Source: an uncultured Gemmatimonadales bacterium
Lineage (GTDB): Bacteria; Gemmatimonadota; Gemmatimonadetes; Gemmatimonadales; GWC2-71-9
Assembly: GCA_963730185.1 (NCBI GenBank)
Contig: CAVSQW010000006.1
Coordinates: 448,001 to 512,000 of the forward strand
Length of the DNA: 64,000 bases
Reading direction: 5' to 3'
Both the position numbers and the translations under genes were made by a program. Below the pieces are notes generated by a model, which was not told where the DNA came from, ran no database searches, and saw only the letters and a list, made by a program, of their open reading frames with translations. Below are positions 49,887-62,465 of this stretch, in pieces (the stretch's first letter is position 1; each line of letters begins with the position of its first letter).

Positions 49887-52800
49887 TCACCACTTGAGGC
49901 CGGTGGTGTTGGACGGCGCGGTGTGGCGCCAGGGCTGGTCGTCAGGCGCCGGGCGCTGCCGGGGCCAGAGTCTCGTTCAGGGTATCGCCTTCGTAGAGCC
50001 GGCCGTTCTTCATCACGTACCGGATCGTGTTCGAGTTCCTGATGTTGTCGAGCGGGTTGGCGTCGAGGACGAGCAGGTCGGCCAGCTTGCCGGGCTCGAG
50101 CGAACCCAGGTCGCGCCCAAGACCGATCGCCTGGGCGCCCATGAGGGTCGGCGACCCGGAGCGCCTCGTGGTTGGTCATTCCGCCGCTCTGGACGTTCCA
50201 GAGCTCCCAGTGGTAGCCTAGGCCCTGGAGCTGGCCATGGCTGCCGATCCCGGCGCCGCCCGCCGTTCTCGACCAGGTTCTTGGAGAACTCGGCGTGCTT
50301 GTAGAAGGAGTACTCCGAGGTGCGGGCCCAGCCGCTCGGTCCGGGTGAGACGCTGATTCCGGCGCCGGGCTTTCTGGTCGATCTCCTCGCTCGGGCGTGA
50401 AGTGCCGGAGCTTGGCGTCGCCGACCACGTTCTCGGTGTCGTAGCGGTAGTTCTCGGCCCAGGGACCGCCGTACTGCACGATCAGGGTCGGGGTGTTGGT
50501 GGTCTGCGAGGTCTTGAACAGCTGAATCACGTCGTCGTACATCGGGTAGATCGGGATCGTGTGTTCGATCGCCCGGATACCCGTCCATCGCGTGGGTCAT
50601 GTTGAGCGCGAACTGGAGACCGCCCTCCGTGGTGGGCATGAGGTGGAGCTCCCGGGCCGCCATGATCAGGTACTGCCGCGTCTGCGGCGGTTGCCCGACA
50701 TGTACATCTTGAAGGTTTCGGTGTCGTAGTACTTGCTGTAGCGGTCGCAGGACGTACCGAGCTCGATCGAGGCTCCCGACCCGGTCGCTGCTGAAGACAC
50801 CGGGGCCGGTGGAGTAGATCCGCGGCCCGAGCGCCTGACCGGCCTCGACCCGGTCCTGGTAGGTCAGGACGTCGGTCGTGGAGGTCTGCGGATCGCGGGT
50901 CGTGGTGACGCCATAGGCCAGGTTGGCCAGGTAGATCCAGGGCTGTTTCCAGTGGATCCCCCAGGCCGGCCACATGTGCGAGTGGGTGTCGACGAAGCCG
51001 GGGACGATGGTCTTACCGCTCACGTCGATCACCCGGGCGCCGGCCGGGGCGGTGCCCTGCGCGCCGACGCTCACGATCCGGTTGTTCCGGATCACGATGT
51101 CGGCGTTCTCGATCACCTCGTCGCCCTTCATGGTGATGGCGCGGGCTCCGCGAAGCACGACGGTTCCCTGGGGAATGTCCCGATTGGCGTGGATCAGGAA
51201 GCGGTGCTCGGCCGGGCGGTACTCGCTCTGCCACCGGGTCACCGAGTCGACCCCCGCGCGCCCGGAGGCTGTCGTCGACCCGGAGGCCCCGGGCCAGGTC
51301 GATAGGAGACGAACGCGTTGCCGATCGCCCAGTAGGCGGTCTTGCCGTCGGCGCTCCAGCTCGGGAATTCGCCGCCGATGTCGGAGATCTGGAGTGAGCG
51401 GGTCTCGGCGCTGTCGGTGGTGGTGACGTTGATCACCGGTACCTCGCCGCCGATCAGCGGGGCCCGGTGCGACGTACACGTCGTTGCCGACCTGGGCCAG
51501 CACGAAATCGCCTCGGGGAGCCATCAGCACGGCCCCGGCGGGCCGGGACGGCGGTCTCGGCCGGCTCCTTCGCCCAGTCCCGGGCGGCATCACATGTCGA
51601 CCGAGGCGCTCGTCGCCGGGCGCAGTTCACGCCGAGAGGGGAGCGGACCAGGATCCTCGAGATGCTGCTTGAGATCGGTGCCGTCGAACCGGAAGGACAC
51701 CGGGCCGCCCCGGTGTCGGGCGGGCTGCCGGGCGGCGCCCGCATGAAGCCGTAGGCGTAGATCCGGCTGGTGTCCTGGGTGAAGTGCGGGTTGCCCAGCC
51801 CCTCGGTCGGGCGGATGACGGTGACCGCGCCGCCGGTGGCCGGAATCCAGAAGAACTCGGCCCCCATGCCGTCGCCGATGAAGGGACCGATCTGCTCCTC
51901 GAGATTCCGGGCGGAGGAGCGAACCCCGACGATCCGCTTGCCGTCGGGCGCCCAGGCCGGGTTCTGGTAGAAGGCGGTTTCCTGGGTGAGTTGGGTGGCC
52001 GGGTCCCGCCGGCGAGGTCGGCCCGCCTTCATATTCGCCGTCGGTGCCGTTCCAGGTTACGTACGCGAGCGAGGCGCCGTCGGGCGACCAGGCGGGGTAG
52101 TACTCGCCGGTTTCCGCGCTGGTGACCCGCTTGGGAGCTGCCGTCCGGCAGATCGGCCACGTAGAGCCGGTCCAGCGCGGTAAAGGCCACTCGCTTGCCG
52201 TCGGGCGACGACCAGGGTCACGGATCTGGCTGACCGTGAAGGTCGGGGCGTCCTCGATCGGATACTCGAACTTCACTTCCGGCCCGACTGCGACTTCGGC
52301 GTCGATGGTGAAGGGGATGTTGCCGGCGGCGTGTGCCGTCGATCGGGACCCGCCAGATCTTCGCCTCCGTAGGAGACGACGATCGCCTTCGAGTCGGGCA
52401 GGAACGAGTAACCCGGGAGGACGTCGATGTCGGGCGCGGCCTCCATGATCGTCGCGCTGGACCGGGTAGGCGAGCCACCGCTCCATCCCGGTCGCGAGCT
52501 CGCGGAGCTCGAAGGCCGGTCTGGGCAGTCTCGCGGGAGCCGTAGACCAGCCACTTGCCGTCGGGCGAGACCGCCGGCCGGAAGCCGGAGCCGTAGCTGC
52601 TGGTGAGGGTGGTCGTCTGGTGCCGGTCTCCCGATCGTAGACGCTCAGCTGGAACTGCGGCATCTCGGCGTTGTACTGCCAGAGGCCAAGCCGCATGCCG
52701 TAGTAGATGTAGCGACCGTCGGGCCCGAAGGCCGGGCCGAAGTAGGCCTGCGGGCCCGGCGCCCGGGTCAGCTGCAAGCCGGTGCCGCCCGCGATGTCGT

Positions 52801-53320
52801 AGAGCCAGAGCTTGGGCGTCCCGAATCCGGCCGACCGGCCGACCACGACGTATTTGCCGTCGGGTGTCCACTTCGGAGAGATGAACTGCGAGTAGTTGCC
52901 GGGGGGCGAGATCTGACGGATGTCGTCGCCGTCGGGCCCCATGGTGTAGAGGTTCTCGCCTCCGCTTCGGTCCGACACGAACACCACCCGCTTGCCATCG
53001 GGGCTCCAGCGGGGCTGGGCGTCATAGGCCAGGCCGGACGTGAGCTTGGTCGCCTTGCCGCCGGCGATCGGGAGCCGGTAGAGATCGCCCAGCATGTCGA
53101 AGACGATCGTCTGCCCGTCGGGGCTCACGTCGAGCGAGGTCCAGGTGGCCCGCGAGGTGGTGAACCGCGCGGTGCGGCCCTGGGTGAGCGGGAGGCCCGG
53201 CTTGGTGGTGTCGGCTGGAGTGGCCGATCGAGCGGGAGCGCCCGCGAGTGGGGTAATGGCGAGAAGACCGCCCATCCCGAGGATCAGGGAGGAGCCGCCT
53301 AAGAGACGTCTCAGCAGCAT
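49887..53320 (-). CDS. Exported PD40/TolB-propeller amidohydrolase, copy B (many frameshifts; assembly error or pseudogene)
   Basis: Signal peptide; [37 protein letters not shown] and GKLADL motifs in successive frames; stop at 49887. Confidence 0.8.
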
Positions 53321-53545
53321 GTCAAACTCCGCTTGCGCGATTCGATGCGAGAGGGGACGACCATCCCGTCAGATGTCCTGTCAGCTGAATGCGTTGCGTG
53401 GGAACATCAAGTTTACATCTGACCGGGGGTACCGGCCAGTTGAGGCGCTAGGCCGTCACGTGCTCGGCCTACGCGCCAGCGCCGGGCTGAGTTTCGCGAT
53501 CCGGCGCCGGCGGCGGGTGGACGGCCGAAGGGCCGGCCGAGCGGC

Positions 53546-56500
53546 TCACCGGATCCCGGCAGCGGGGGTGGGATCGGCGTGTCGCCAGGCGACCGGGGGC
53601 AGGAGCCGCTGGCGGGGCCAGATCTCGTTCAGGGTTTCGCCCTCGTAGACCCGCCCGTTCTTGACGACGTACCGAATCGAGTTGGTGTTCCGGATCGATT
53701 CCAGCGGGTCGCGGTCGAGGACCACGAGGTCGGCCAGCTTGCCGGGCTCGATCGAGCCCAACTCCTTGCCCAACCCGATGGCCTCGGCGCCGTAGATCGT
53801 GGCGACCCGGAGCACGTCATGTGGCGCGAGGCCGCCGGACGCGACGTCCCACATCTCCCAGTGGTATCCGAGGCCTTGGAGCTGGCCGTGGCCGCCGATG
53901 CCGGCCCGGCCGCCCGCCTGGATCAGATCGCGGATGAAGGCGGCGTGCTGCCGGAAGGCGTACTCGTCCTCGCGGAACCATCCGCCCGGTCCGGGCGATC
54001 CGCCGGCGCCCATGCCCCGGCGGCGGGTCTTCATGTCGAGCTCGGCTTCGGGCGTGAACCGCCGCAGCTTGGCGTCGTCGTGCACGTTCTCGTGGGTATA
54101 CCAGTAGTTCTCGGCCCAGGGCGCGCCGTACGATACCAGGAGGGTCGGCGTCGTGGTGGTCTGGGCGACCCGGAAGAGGCCGATCACGTCTTCGTACATC
54201 GGGGTGAGCGGGATGTTGTGCTCGACCCCGGCGTATCCGTCCATCACGTGGGTGAAGTCGAGCTTGGCCTGGAGGCCGCCCTCGGTGGTCGGCATGAGGC
54301 CGAGCTCCCGGGCCGCCATCACGATCCACTGACGCTGCTGGCGGTTCCCGGCCATGTACATCTTGAGGGTCTTGGTGTCGTAGTACTCGCTGTAGCGCTT
54401 GAGGACGTTCCGGGCGTGCTCGAGGCTCCGGATGTGCGCGCTCGAGAAGACCCCGGGCCCGGTGGAATAGATCCGGGGTCCCAGGATCTCACCTTCCTCC
54501 ACCCGATCGGAGTAGCTCAGGACGTCGGTCGTGCCGGTCTGCGGGTCGCGGGTGGTGGTGACGCCGTAGGCCAGCTCGGCCAGCAGCGCCCAGGGCTGGG
54601 CGGTGTGGACGCCGGGCGAGTGCCGAAAGTGCGCGTGGGTGTCGACGAAGCCCGGCAGGATGGTGCGGCCCGAGACGTCGATCACCCGCGCCCCCTCGGG
54701 GACCGCCACCTGTCCGCGCTTGCCTACCGCGGTGATCCGATTGTCGATGATCACGATGTCGGCGTCGTCGATGATCTCGTGATCACGCATGGTGATGGCC
54801 CGCCCCCCCTGAGCACCGCCGCGCCTCGGGGAAGGTCCCGGGTTCCGTTGACCCGGATCCGGCGCTCCACCGGCCGGTATCCCGCCCGACTGCTGTCCGC
54901 CCGCCCGGCCGAGTCGGGGGTGACCGCGCGGAGGCTGTCGTCGACCGCGCGGGCCCGTTCCAGGTCGTAGCTCACCAGCGCGTTGCCGATGGCCCAGTAG
55001 ACGGTGTGGCCGTCAGCGCTCCAGGAGGGGAACTCGCCGCCGATCTCGGTGAGCCGGCGGACCGGTACCGCCGCGGTGGCCGGGTTGGCGACCGAGACCG
55101 TCGGGGTCTCGCCGCCGACCATCGGGACCGGGATCACGTAGAAGTCCTGGCCCACTTGGGCGAGCGCCAGGTCGCCGCGGGGCGCCATGAGCACGAGGCT
55201 CGCCGCGGGCGGCGGCCCGCTCGAGCCCGGCTGCGGCTGACCGGTCACCTTGAGGTGGGTCCGCTGATCGGTGCCGTCGAACCGGAACGAGACCAGCCCG
55301 TCGTCGTCGCTGTAGGCGAAGATCCGGGTGGAATCGCCGGTGAAATGAGGGGACGAGCGGCCCGACGCGAGCGCGATCGTCACCACCTCGCCACCGTCGG
55401 CCGGGACCCAGACGAACCGGGTGCCGAGGCCCCCACCGAAGCGCTGCAAGGTCTCCTGGAGGTCGCGGGCGTCGGCTCGCATCGCGACGATTCGCCGGCC
55501 GTCGGGCGCCCAGGCGGTCTGATAGTACGTGGCGGCCGTGCGGGTGAGCTGGACCGGCTCGCCTCGACCGTCGGCCCGAGCCTTCATCACATGACCGCCC
55601 GAATCGCTCCAGGTCACGTAGGCGATCCACTGCCCGTCCGGCGACCAGGTGGGGTAGAACTCGCCGGTGGCACCGCGGGTGAGTCGGCGGGGCGTGCTGT
55701 CGGCGAGCGGCATGATCCAGACCCGGTCCAGGGCGGTGAACGCCACCGACCGGCCGTCGGGTGACGGGACCGGGTCGCGAATCTGGCGGGCGGTGAGCGT
55801 CCGGGAATCGTCCACCCGGTAGTCGAATCGGACCAGAGGACCGATCGGCACCCGGAGGTCGGCGGTGAACGGGATCTTCGCGGGCGCCGACCCGTCGACG
55901 GGCACCCGCCACAGCTCGCCACCGTACGAGAGCACCACCGCCCGGCTGTCGGGGGTGAAGGAGTAGCCGGGCAGCGCGTCCATGTCGGGCACCGCCTCGG
56001 TGTTGTCGCGCTGAATCGGGTAGGCGAGCCAGCGCTCCACCCCGGTGGCCAGCTCGCGAATCCGGAGCCCGGTCCCGGCGTCGTGCCGGCTGCCGTAGGT
56101 CAGCCACTTCCCGTCGGGCGACAGGGCCGGGCGAAAGGCCGAGCCGTAGCGCATCGACATGGTGGACTGGGCGCCAGTGAGCCGGTCGTACTGGGCCAGC
56201 TCGTAGGTCGGGAAGATGGCGTTGTACTGGAACATCCCCTGCCGGGTCGCGAACCAGACGTAGCGGGGATCGGGCCCGAACGCCGCGCCGAGGGTGGTCA
56301 GCGGCGTCGGCCCCCGCACCAGCTGGACCCCTGAGCCGCCATCCTTGTGGAAGAGCCACAGCTTGGCGCCGGTGCCGCCGGTCCGGGTGACCACGACGTA
56401 CTCGCCGTCGGGAGTCCACTCGGGCGACATGTAGTCGTGGTCGGTACCCCGGGTCACCTGGGCGGAGTCGCGGCCATCGGGCGACACGGTCCAGACGTTC

Positions 56501-56823
56501 TCGTCGCCGGTCCGATCGGAGACGAATACGATCCGCTTCCCGTCGGGGCTCCACCGGGGCTGGGCATCGTAGGCCATGCCGCTGGTGATTCGGGTGGCCC
56601 GCCCGCCGGCGATCGGCAGGGTGTAGAGGTCGCCCAGAAGGTCGAAAACCAGGGTTCTCCCGTCGGGACTCACATCCACCGACATCCAAGTGCCCCGCGA
56701 CGTAGTCATCTCCAACGTCCGGGCCGGCGTCAGGGGGAGCCCGCCCTTGGCCCGACCGGCCTCTTGGGCATGCAACGGGGCCACGACGAGGAGCGCGAGC
56801 GCGACGAGAGCAACGCGATGCAT
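53546..56823 (-). CDS. Exported PD40/TolB-propeller amidohydrolase, copy A (one frameshift at about 54800)
   Basis: MHRVALVALALL leader; GTWMSVDVSPDG, PGFVDTHAH and GGHGQLQG motifs; RGG|RAITM broken beside a homopolymer run. Confidence 0.9.
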
Positions 56824-57041
56824 GGGCCTGGCCTGGTCTGGGAAGACCGGGAAGATACCGGCCAGGCGCCAGGTCGCCAGCCGCGGATCGCGAACCAGGT
56901 GGACGGGTGCCGATTCAGAGGAAACGTCGCCGATCGTCGGGCGGTTCGGTTGTGTCACGATCGCCTGGTCGAGGGATCCGATCGCCACCCGAGAACGTCC
57001 TCCGCGTGTCCTTTCCTCTTTCTCAGACGCGGAGGTGCTTC

Positions 57042-58214
57042 ATGCTGCAACGCCATCGTCTCCTCGCGCTCGCCGCCCTGCTCCTGGCCGGCGGGTGCAA
57101 CAGCGACCGGGTCACCGACCCGGCCACTTCGTCACCAGCCACCGGGCCCGCGCTCGATCGCGGCCACGGCGAGGAGCCCCGCGACGCAGGTCCGGGCGCG
57201 GTGTTCACGATGACCAACGGGTCGGCCGGGAACGACATCCTGGTCTTCCCGCGCCGGGCCGACGGGTCACTGGGCGAGCCGGCGGCGGTGCCCACCGGCG
57301 GCGTGGGCACCGGCACCGGCCTCGGCAACCAAGGAGGCCTGGCGCTGAGCGGGAACGGTCGCTGGCTCTTTGCCGTGAACGCCGGCAGCAACGACGTCAG
57401 CGCCTTCCGGGTCGGGCCGCACGGCCTTCGCCTGGTAGCGCGGGTGCCGTCGGGCGGCACGCAGCCGATCAGCCTGACCTTGAACCGAAACGTGCTCTAC
57501 GTGCTCAACGCCGGCGGCGACGGCAACATCGCCGGGTTCTGGGTCGGTTGGCGCGGCCTTGCTCCGATCCCCGGCTCGGTTCAACCGCTCTCCGGCACCG
57601 GCGTCGGTCCGGCGCAGATCGGGTTCCATCCGAGCGGCCGACTGCTGGTGGTAACGGAAAAGGCCACCAACCAGCTCACCGTCTACCGGGTCGATCAGCG
57701 GGGACGGGCCTCCGCACCGACCAGCTACGCCTCGAACGGGATGACCCCCTTCGGCTTCGCGTTCGACGGCCGGGGCACTCTGGTGGTCTCGGAGGCGTTC
57801 GGCGGAGCGACGGATGCCAGCGCCGTGTCCTCCTACCGGTTCCGCGACAACGGGGCGCCGGCCGTCCGGAGCGGAAGCGTCCCGGACACCGAGTCGGCGG
57901 CGTGCTGGATCGCGATCACCGAGAACGGCAAGTTCGCCTATACCACCAACGCGGCCAGTGGATCGATCAGCGGGTATGCGATCACCCCCGACGGCCGGCT
58001 CGAGCTGCTCGACGAGGACGGCGTAACCGGCTCGACCGGGCCGGGGAGCGGGCCGATCGACATGACGATGAGCCGGAACAGCCGCTATCTCTACTCGCTC
58101 AACAGCGGCAACGGGACGATCAGCGTGTTCCTGATCCGCGCCGGCGGCTCGCTCGAGTCGCTGGGCACCGTGAATGGCCTCCCGGCAACGGCCAATGGCC
58201 TGGCGGGATTGTGA
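57042..58214 (+). CDS. Lactonase-family 7-bladed beta-propeller lipoprotein
   Basis: LAGGC lipobox; LFAVNAGSNDVSAF, LYVLNAGG, PAQIGF and AACWIA repeats; GGAGG RBS. Confidence 0.9.
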   Translation: MLQRHRLLALAALLLAGGCNSDRVTDPATSSPATGPALDRGHGEEPRDAGPGAVFTMTNGSAGNDILVFPRRADGSLGEPAAVPTGGVGTGTGLGNQGGLALSGNGRWLFAVNAGSNDVSAFRVGPHGLRLVARVPSGGTQPISLTLNRNVLYVLNAGGDGNIAGFWVGWRGLAPIPGSVQPLSGTGVGPAQIGFHPSGRLLVVTEKATNQLTVYRVDQRGRASAPTSYASNGMTPFGFAFDGRGTLVVSEAFGGATDASAVSSYRFRDNGAPAVRSGSVPDTESAACWIAITENGKFAYTTNAASGSISGYAITPDGRLELLDEDGVTGSTGPGSGPIDMTMSRNSRYLYSLNSGNGTISVFLIRAGGSLESLGTVNGLPATANGLAGL

Positions 58215-58263
58215 TTGGTGAGTGGCGAATGGTGATTAGGGAGTGAGTGGGGAGTAGGGAGTA
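58211..58263 (+). repeat. Degenerate 7-bp tandem repeat tract
   Basis: GTGATTG GTGAGTG GCGAATG GTGATTA GGGAGTG (AGTG) GGGAGTA GGGAGTA. Confidence 0.7.
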
Positions 58264-58271
58264 GTGTTGGG

Positions 58272-58302
58272 GGGGCGGCCTGGGCCGCCCCTTTCCTTGT
58301 CT
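58272..58302 (+). terminator. Intrinsic terminator candidate
   Basis: GGGGCGGC-CTGG-GCCGCCCC followed by TTTCCTTGTCT. Confidence 0.6.
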
Positions 58303-58407
58303 TCGGCCGGCCCGGGCGCGACCCTCGGCGGGCATCCCGATCGGGGCCTTTCGCGCTACCTTTGGGGCCGTCCGCCGTCGCGCTCGCCCGTCTCAGGATC
58401 GGTAACG

Positions 58408-59142
58408 ATGTCCTTCTCTCCCGACCGTCCCTCACCCCGCCGGAGCTTCCTCGGCCGACTAGCCGGCGGCGTGGCCGCGCTGGGCCTGACGGGCCTGGTC
58501 ACCACCCCCGCCGAGGCGGAGGAGCCGGACGTCGATTCGGCGGGCCTCGAGCGCGATCCGCTGGCCGAGACGCCGGGCCAGAGCTGGGACATGTCGTGGG
58601 TCGACCGCGTAACCGGGAAATACCGGCAGGTGTTCGACGCGCCGGAGATCGCCGAGGGCGCCGTGGTCCATCAGGCACGGGTGTTCATGAGCGGCTTCGG
58701 CGAGGTGTACGGCGCCAAGGACCCCGAGCTGAGCGCGGTGATGGTGATCCGGCACGCCGCGATCCCGATGGCCGCCAACGATCGCCTCTGGGACGAGCTG
58801 GAGCTGGGCAAGCGGTTCAAGCTCAAGGATCCGGAGACCGGGAAGCACGCCCGGCGGAATCCTTTCCTGAACGCCAACGCGCCCCAAGGCGCCAAGTACG
58901 CGCTGATCTGGGCCGATGGCGGGCTCGACACGCTGATCGGTCGGGGCGCGATCGCGCTCTGCTGTAACCTGGCCCTGTTCCGACTGGTGTCGATGGTGGC
59001 CAAGCAGGACAAGATCGAGACCGGGGCGGCCCGCGAGAAGACGCTCGCCAATCTGGTCCCGGGCGTGATCGTGCAGCCGTCGGGAATCTTCGCGGTGGCC
59101 CGGGCCGAGGCGGCGGGATGTCAGTACATCCTGGCGACCTGA
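58408..59142 (+). CDS. Tat-exported hypothetical protein, possibly DsrE-like fold
   Basis: PRRSFLGRL twin-arginine leader; QVFDAPE, IRHAAI, LCCNLAL, PGVIVQPSGIFAV. Confidence 0.82.
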   Translation: MSFSPDRPSPRRSFLGRLAGGVAALGLTGLVTTPAEAEEPDVDSAGLERDPLAETPGQSWDMSWVDRVTGKYRQVFDAPEIAEGAVVHQARVFMSGFGEVYGAKDPELSAVMVIRHAAIPMAANDRLWDELELGKRFKLKDPETGKHARRNPFLNANAPQGAKYALIWADGGLDTLIGRGAIALCCNLALFRLVSMVAKQDKIETGAAREKTLANLVPGVIVQPSGIFAVARAEAAGCQYILAT

Positions 59143-59158
59143 GCTCAGCCCGACCGCA

Positions 59159-59623
59159 TCAGTCGGCGCCGGCGACCTTCTTGCGGGCCTCCGACAGGTA
59201 GGCCGGCTCCAGCTCCAGCAGGCTGCCGATCTTCCGGATCAACCGGGCCTCGTGGTCGGCGATCTTCCCGTCGGCCAGGATCACACCCCACATCACCTCC
59301 GCCAGAACCATCTTCTGACCCAGGTCGTAATGCTCGGCGATGAGCCGGGTGAACTGGAACTGGTCGATCGATTGCTCCCGCTCGGCCTCGGCCAAGGCGA
59401 GCAGTTCGTCGGCCTGGGCGGCGTCGAGTCCGAAGTGACGAATCACGGCGCTCTGGATCTGGGTCCGTTCGGCATCGGCGAACTCGCCGTCGGCGTGAGC
59501 CAGCTCGAGCAGCAAGGCGCAGGCCGCGAGGGCGACGGGCTCCGGCCGCCGGCCCGGCTCGCGGGTGGCGGGTGCGTCGTGATGGATGTGGCGGGTGAAG
59601 AAGCTCCGAATGGAATCCAGCAA
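59159..59623 (-). CDS. TerB family protein
   Basis: [15 protein letters not shown]...[24 protein letters not shown] start after GGGAG. Confidence 0.9.
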   Translation of the reverse strand: MLDSIRSFFTRHIHHDAPATREPGRRPEPVALAACALLLELAHADGEFADAERTQIQSAVIRHFGLDAAQADELLALAEAEREQSIDQFQFTRLIAEHYDLGQKMVLAEVMWGVILADGKIADHEARLIRKIGSLLELEPAYLSEARKKVAGAD

Positions 59624-59790
59624 CGTGTGACTCCCGGTGGTGCGGACGGTTCGCCCGGTCCGTCGACCGGGGCTCCGCGCATAATAGATCCCGCGAGCCA
59701 ATCTCGCATCCGAATCGGAGCGAAACCCGTCACCCGGGTCGGCCGTCGTGTGGGGAGCCCCTCGCCCGACCACCACGGAGGCCGTCGTCG

Positions 59791-60252
59791 ATGCCGGTCT
59801 ATTCGCTCCAGGTGAACGGCGCGACCCATCCCGTCGCGGTCGCCGCCGAGACCCCGCTTCTTTGGGCCCTGCGTGACGGGCTCGACCTCACCGGCACCAA
59901 GTACGGGTGCGGCGTCGGCCTCTGTGGTGCCTGCACCGTGCTGCTCGACGGCGTGGCGGTGCGTTCCTGTCAGATCCCGGCAGGCCAGGTCGGCGAGCGC
60001 CGGGTCACTACCATCGAAGGCTTGGCGGCCGGTGCCCTCCACCCGCTCCAAGAGGCCTGGATCGCGGAGGACGTCGCGCAGTGCGGCTACTGCCAGTCCG
60101 GCCAGCTGATGAGCGCCGCCGCGCTTCTGTCCCGGCATCCTCGGCCCACCGACGACGAGATCGACGAGGCCATGGCGGGGAACGTGTGCCGCTGCGGCAC
60201 CTACGGGCGGATCCGGCGAGCCATCCACCGCGCCGCCGAGGCCGGCTCGTGA
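59791..60252 (+). CDS. (2Fe-2S)-binding small subunit of molybdenum hydroxylase (IorA-like)
   Basis: [25 protein letters not shown] and NVCRCGTY motifs. Confidence 0.95.
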   Translation: MPVYSLQVNGATHPVAVAAETPLLWALRDGLDLTGTKYGCGVGLCGACTVLLDGVAVRSCQIPAGQVGERRVTTIEGLAAGALHPLQEAWIAEDVAQCGYCQSGQLMSAAALLSRHPRPTDDEIDEAMAGNVCRCGTYGRIRRAIHRAAEAGS

Positions 60253-62465
60253 CCGCCCCCGAGGCCTGGTCGCGACGCGAGTTTCTCCGGACCACGGCCC
60301 TGGGCGGCGGCGGGCTCCTGGTCGCGATCGCGCTGCCGGGGTGCCGTCGCGTCGGGAAGGCCGGCGGCGATTCCGACCCGCCGACCAGCCTGACGCTCTA
60401 TGTCAGGATCCAGACCGCGGGAACCACGATCCTGGCACCCAAGATCGACATGGGTCAGGGCACCAAGACGTCGCTTCCGATGATCGTGGCGGAGGAGCTG
60501 GACCTCGACTGGGGGCGGGTCCGGGTCGGGTGGGCCCCGATCGAACCGGGTTATGGATGGCAGGGCGCCGGCGGCAGCACCAGTGTGTGGGAGAGCTACG
60601 AGCCGCTCCGACGGGCCGGTGCGGCCGTCCGCGCCATGCTCCGACAGGCGGCGGCGGAGCGGTGGGGAGTCCCGATCGACGAAGTAGAGACGGATCGGGG
60701 GGTGCTCCGGCACGAGGCCTCGGGCCGTTCCGCTCCCTACGCCGAGATGGCAGCCGGGGCGGCGACGCTACCCGTTCCCGCCTGGCCGCGACTCAAGGAC
60801 CCGAACACGTTCCACGTCATCGGCCGGCCGACGGCCCAGGTGGACGCGCGGGCCATCGCCACCGGGCGCGAGCGCTACGCCTGGGACACCCGGGTCCCGG
60901 GAATGCTCCGCGCCGCCGTGGTGCGCGGCCCGATGGGCTCGACGGTCCGCGCCGTTCGGGACGACGCCGCCCGCGGGGTGCCCGGGGTGCGGCAGATCGT
61001 CCGGGTGGACCGGTCACGCCACTCCGCCCTCCCCTGGAACGGGGTCGCGGTGGTCGCCGAGTCGACCTGGGCCGCCTTTCAGGGCGCCCGGGCGCTCGAG
61101 GTGGACTGGTCCCGGGGCGCCTCCGACCTTTCATCGGCCCAGCTTCGCGAGCAGCTCCGGACGCTCGCGGCCCGACCCGGGCGATCGATCCGGGCCACCG
61201 GCGACGTCGACCAGGCCCTCCGGTCGGCCGTCACCGTGATCGAAGCCGAATACGAGCTCCCCTTCCTGGCGCACGCCCCGATGGAGCCGAATGCGTGCTT
61301 CGCGCACCTCAGGGCCGACGGTCTCACGCTCCGGGGGCCGTTTCAGGACCCCAGCGACGTGCGTCAGTTCGCCGCCGAGCTCACGGGCTTGGCGCAGGAC
61401 CAGGTGACCATCGAGCCCTGCCGTCTGGGAGGCGGGTTCGGCCGCCGGCTGGCGTCCGATCACGCCTGCGAGGCGGTGATCGTAGCCCAAGCCGTTCAGG
61501 TGCCGGTGCAGGTGGTCTGGTCCCGCGAAGACGACGTCCGCTTCGACCTCTATCGCCAGGCCGCGGTGCACCGGTTGGCCGCCGGCCTCGACCGGTCGGG
61601 ACGATTGATCGTGTTCCGGCAACGCAAGGCGAGCACCTCGCTCCGGCTCTACCGCGATCCGGCCACCCGGACCCCTGAGGACTACGAGATCTACGCCGAC
61701 GATCCGCCGGCCGGGCTAGTCCCCCACTACGCGGTGGAGTACGCGCCCCTCGCGACGCCGGTCCCGCTCGGAACCTGGCGCTCGGTGATACACTCCGGCA
61801 ACGCGTTCGCCCTCCAGGGCTTTCTCGACGAGATCGCCCGGGCGGCCGGACGCGATCCGCTGGCCTTCCAGCGTGAGCTGCTGGGCGGAGACCGCGAGCT
61901 GTCCTATGGGCAGCACGGCGGCCCGACCTGGAATCCGGGACGGCTTCGGCGGACACTCGACCTCGCGGCGGCACAGGCTCACTGGACGGCGCCGATGCCG
62001 AAGGGGCAGGGACGGGGCATTGCTGGTCACTTCACCTTCGGGAGTTACGTCGCGATGGTGGCGGAGGCGAGCGTGGCCGACGACGGGGCGGTTCGAGTCC
62101 ACCGGATCGTTGCCGCGATCGACTGCGGCACCCCGGTCAATCCGCTGGGCATCAGGGCGCAGGTGGAGGGCGGGATCCTGTACGGGCTGGCGGCGGCGCT
62201 GGGTGGGGAGATCACCCTGGCCGGCGGCCGGCCGGAGCAGTCGAACTTCCACGACTATCCCCCGCTCCGGATGGACCAGGCGCCGACGATCGAAGTCCAC
62301 GTCGTGCCCAGCGCCGAACCGCCGCGAGGCGCCGGCGAGACAGCCGTGCCCCCCGTCCTTCCCGCCGTGGCGAACGCGATCTACGCGGCCACCGGACTCC
62401 GGATCCGGCGGGCGCCGATCACGCCGGAGCGAATCCGCGAAGCGCGCGAGGCCGGGGGTGGCTAA
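60249..62465 (+). CDS. Molybdopterin-binding large subunit (IorB-like), Tat signal
   Basis: SRREFL leader; [27 protein letters not shown] and GAGE motifs; GTGA overlap with the small subunit. Confidence 0.95.
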   Translation: MTAPEAWSRREFLRTTALGGGGLLVAIALPGCRRVGKAGGDSDPPTSLTLYVRIQTAGTTILAPKIDMGQGTKTSLPMIVAEELDLDWGRVRVGWAPIEPGYGWQGAGGSTSVWESYEPLRRAGAAVRAMLRQAAAERWGVPIDEVETDRGVLRHEASGRSAPYAEMAAGAATLPVPAWPRLKDPNTFHVIGRPTAQVDARAIATGRERYAWDTRVPGMLRAAVVRGPMGSTVRAVRDDAARGVPGVRQIVRVDRSRHSALPWNGVAVVAESTWAAFQGARALEVDWSRGASDLSSAQLREQLRTLAARPGRSIRATGDVDQALRSAVTVIEAEYELPFLAHAPMEPNACFAHLRADGLTLRGPFQDPSDVRQFAAELTGLAQDQVTIEPCRLGGGFGRRLASDHACEAVIVAQAVQVPVQVVWSREDDVRFDLYRQAAVHRLAAGLDRSGRLIVFRQRKASTSLRLYRDPATRTPEDYEIYADDPPAGLVPHYAVEYAPLATPVPLGTWRSVIHSGNAFALQGFLDEIARAAGRDPLAFQRELLGGDRELSYGQHGGPTWNPGRLRRTLDLAAAQAHWTAPMPKGQGRGIAGHFTFGSYVAMVAEASVADDGAVRVHRIVAAIDCGTPVNPLGIRAQVEGGILYGLAAALGGEITLAGGRPEQSNFHDYPPLRMDQAPTIEVHVVPSAEPPRGAGETAVPPVLPAVANAIYAATGLRIRRAPITPERIREAREAGGG

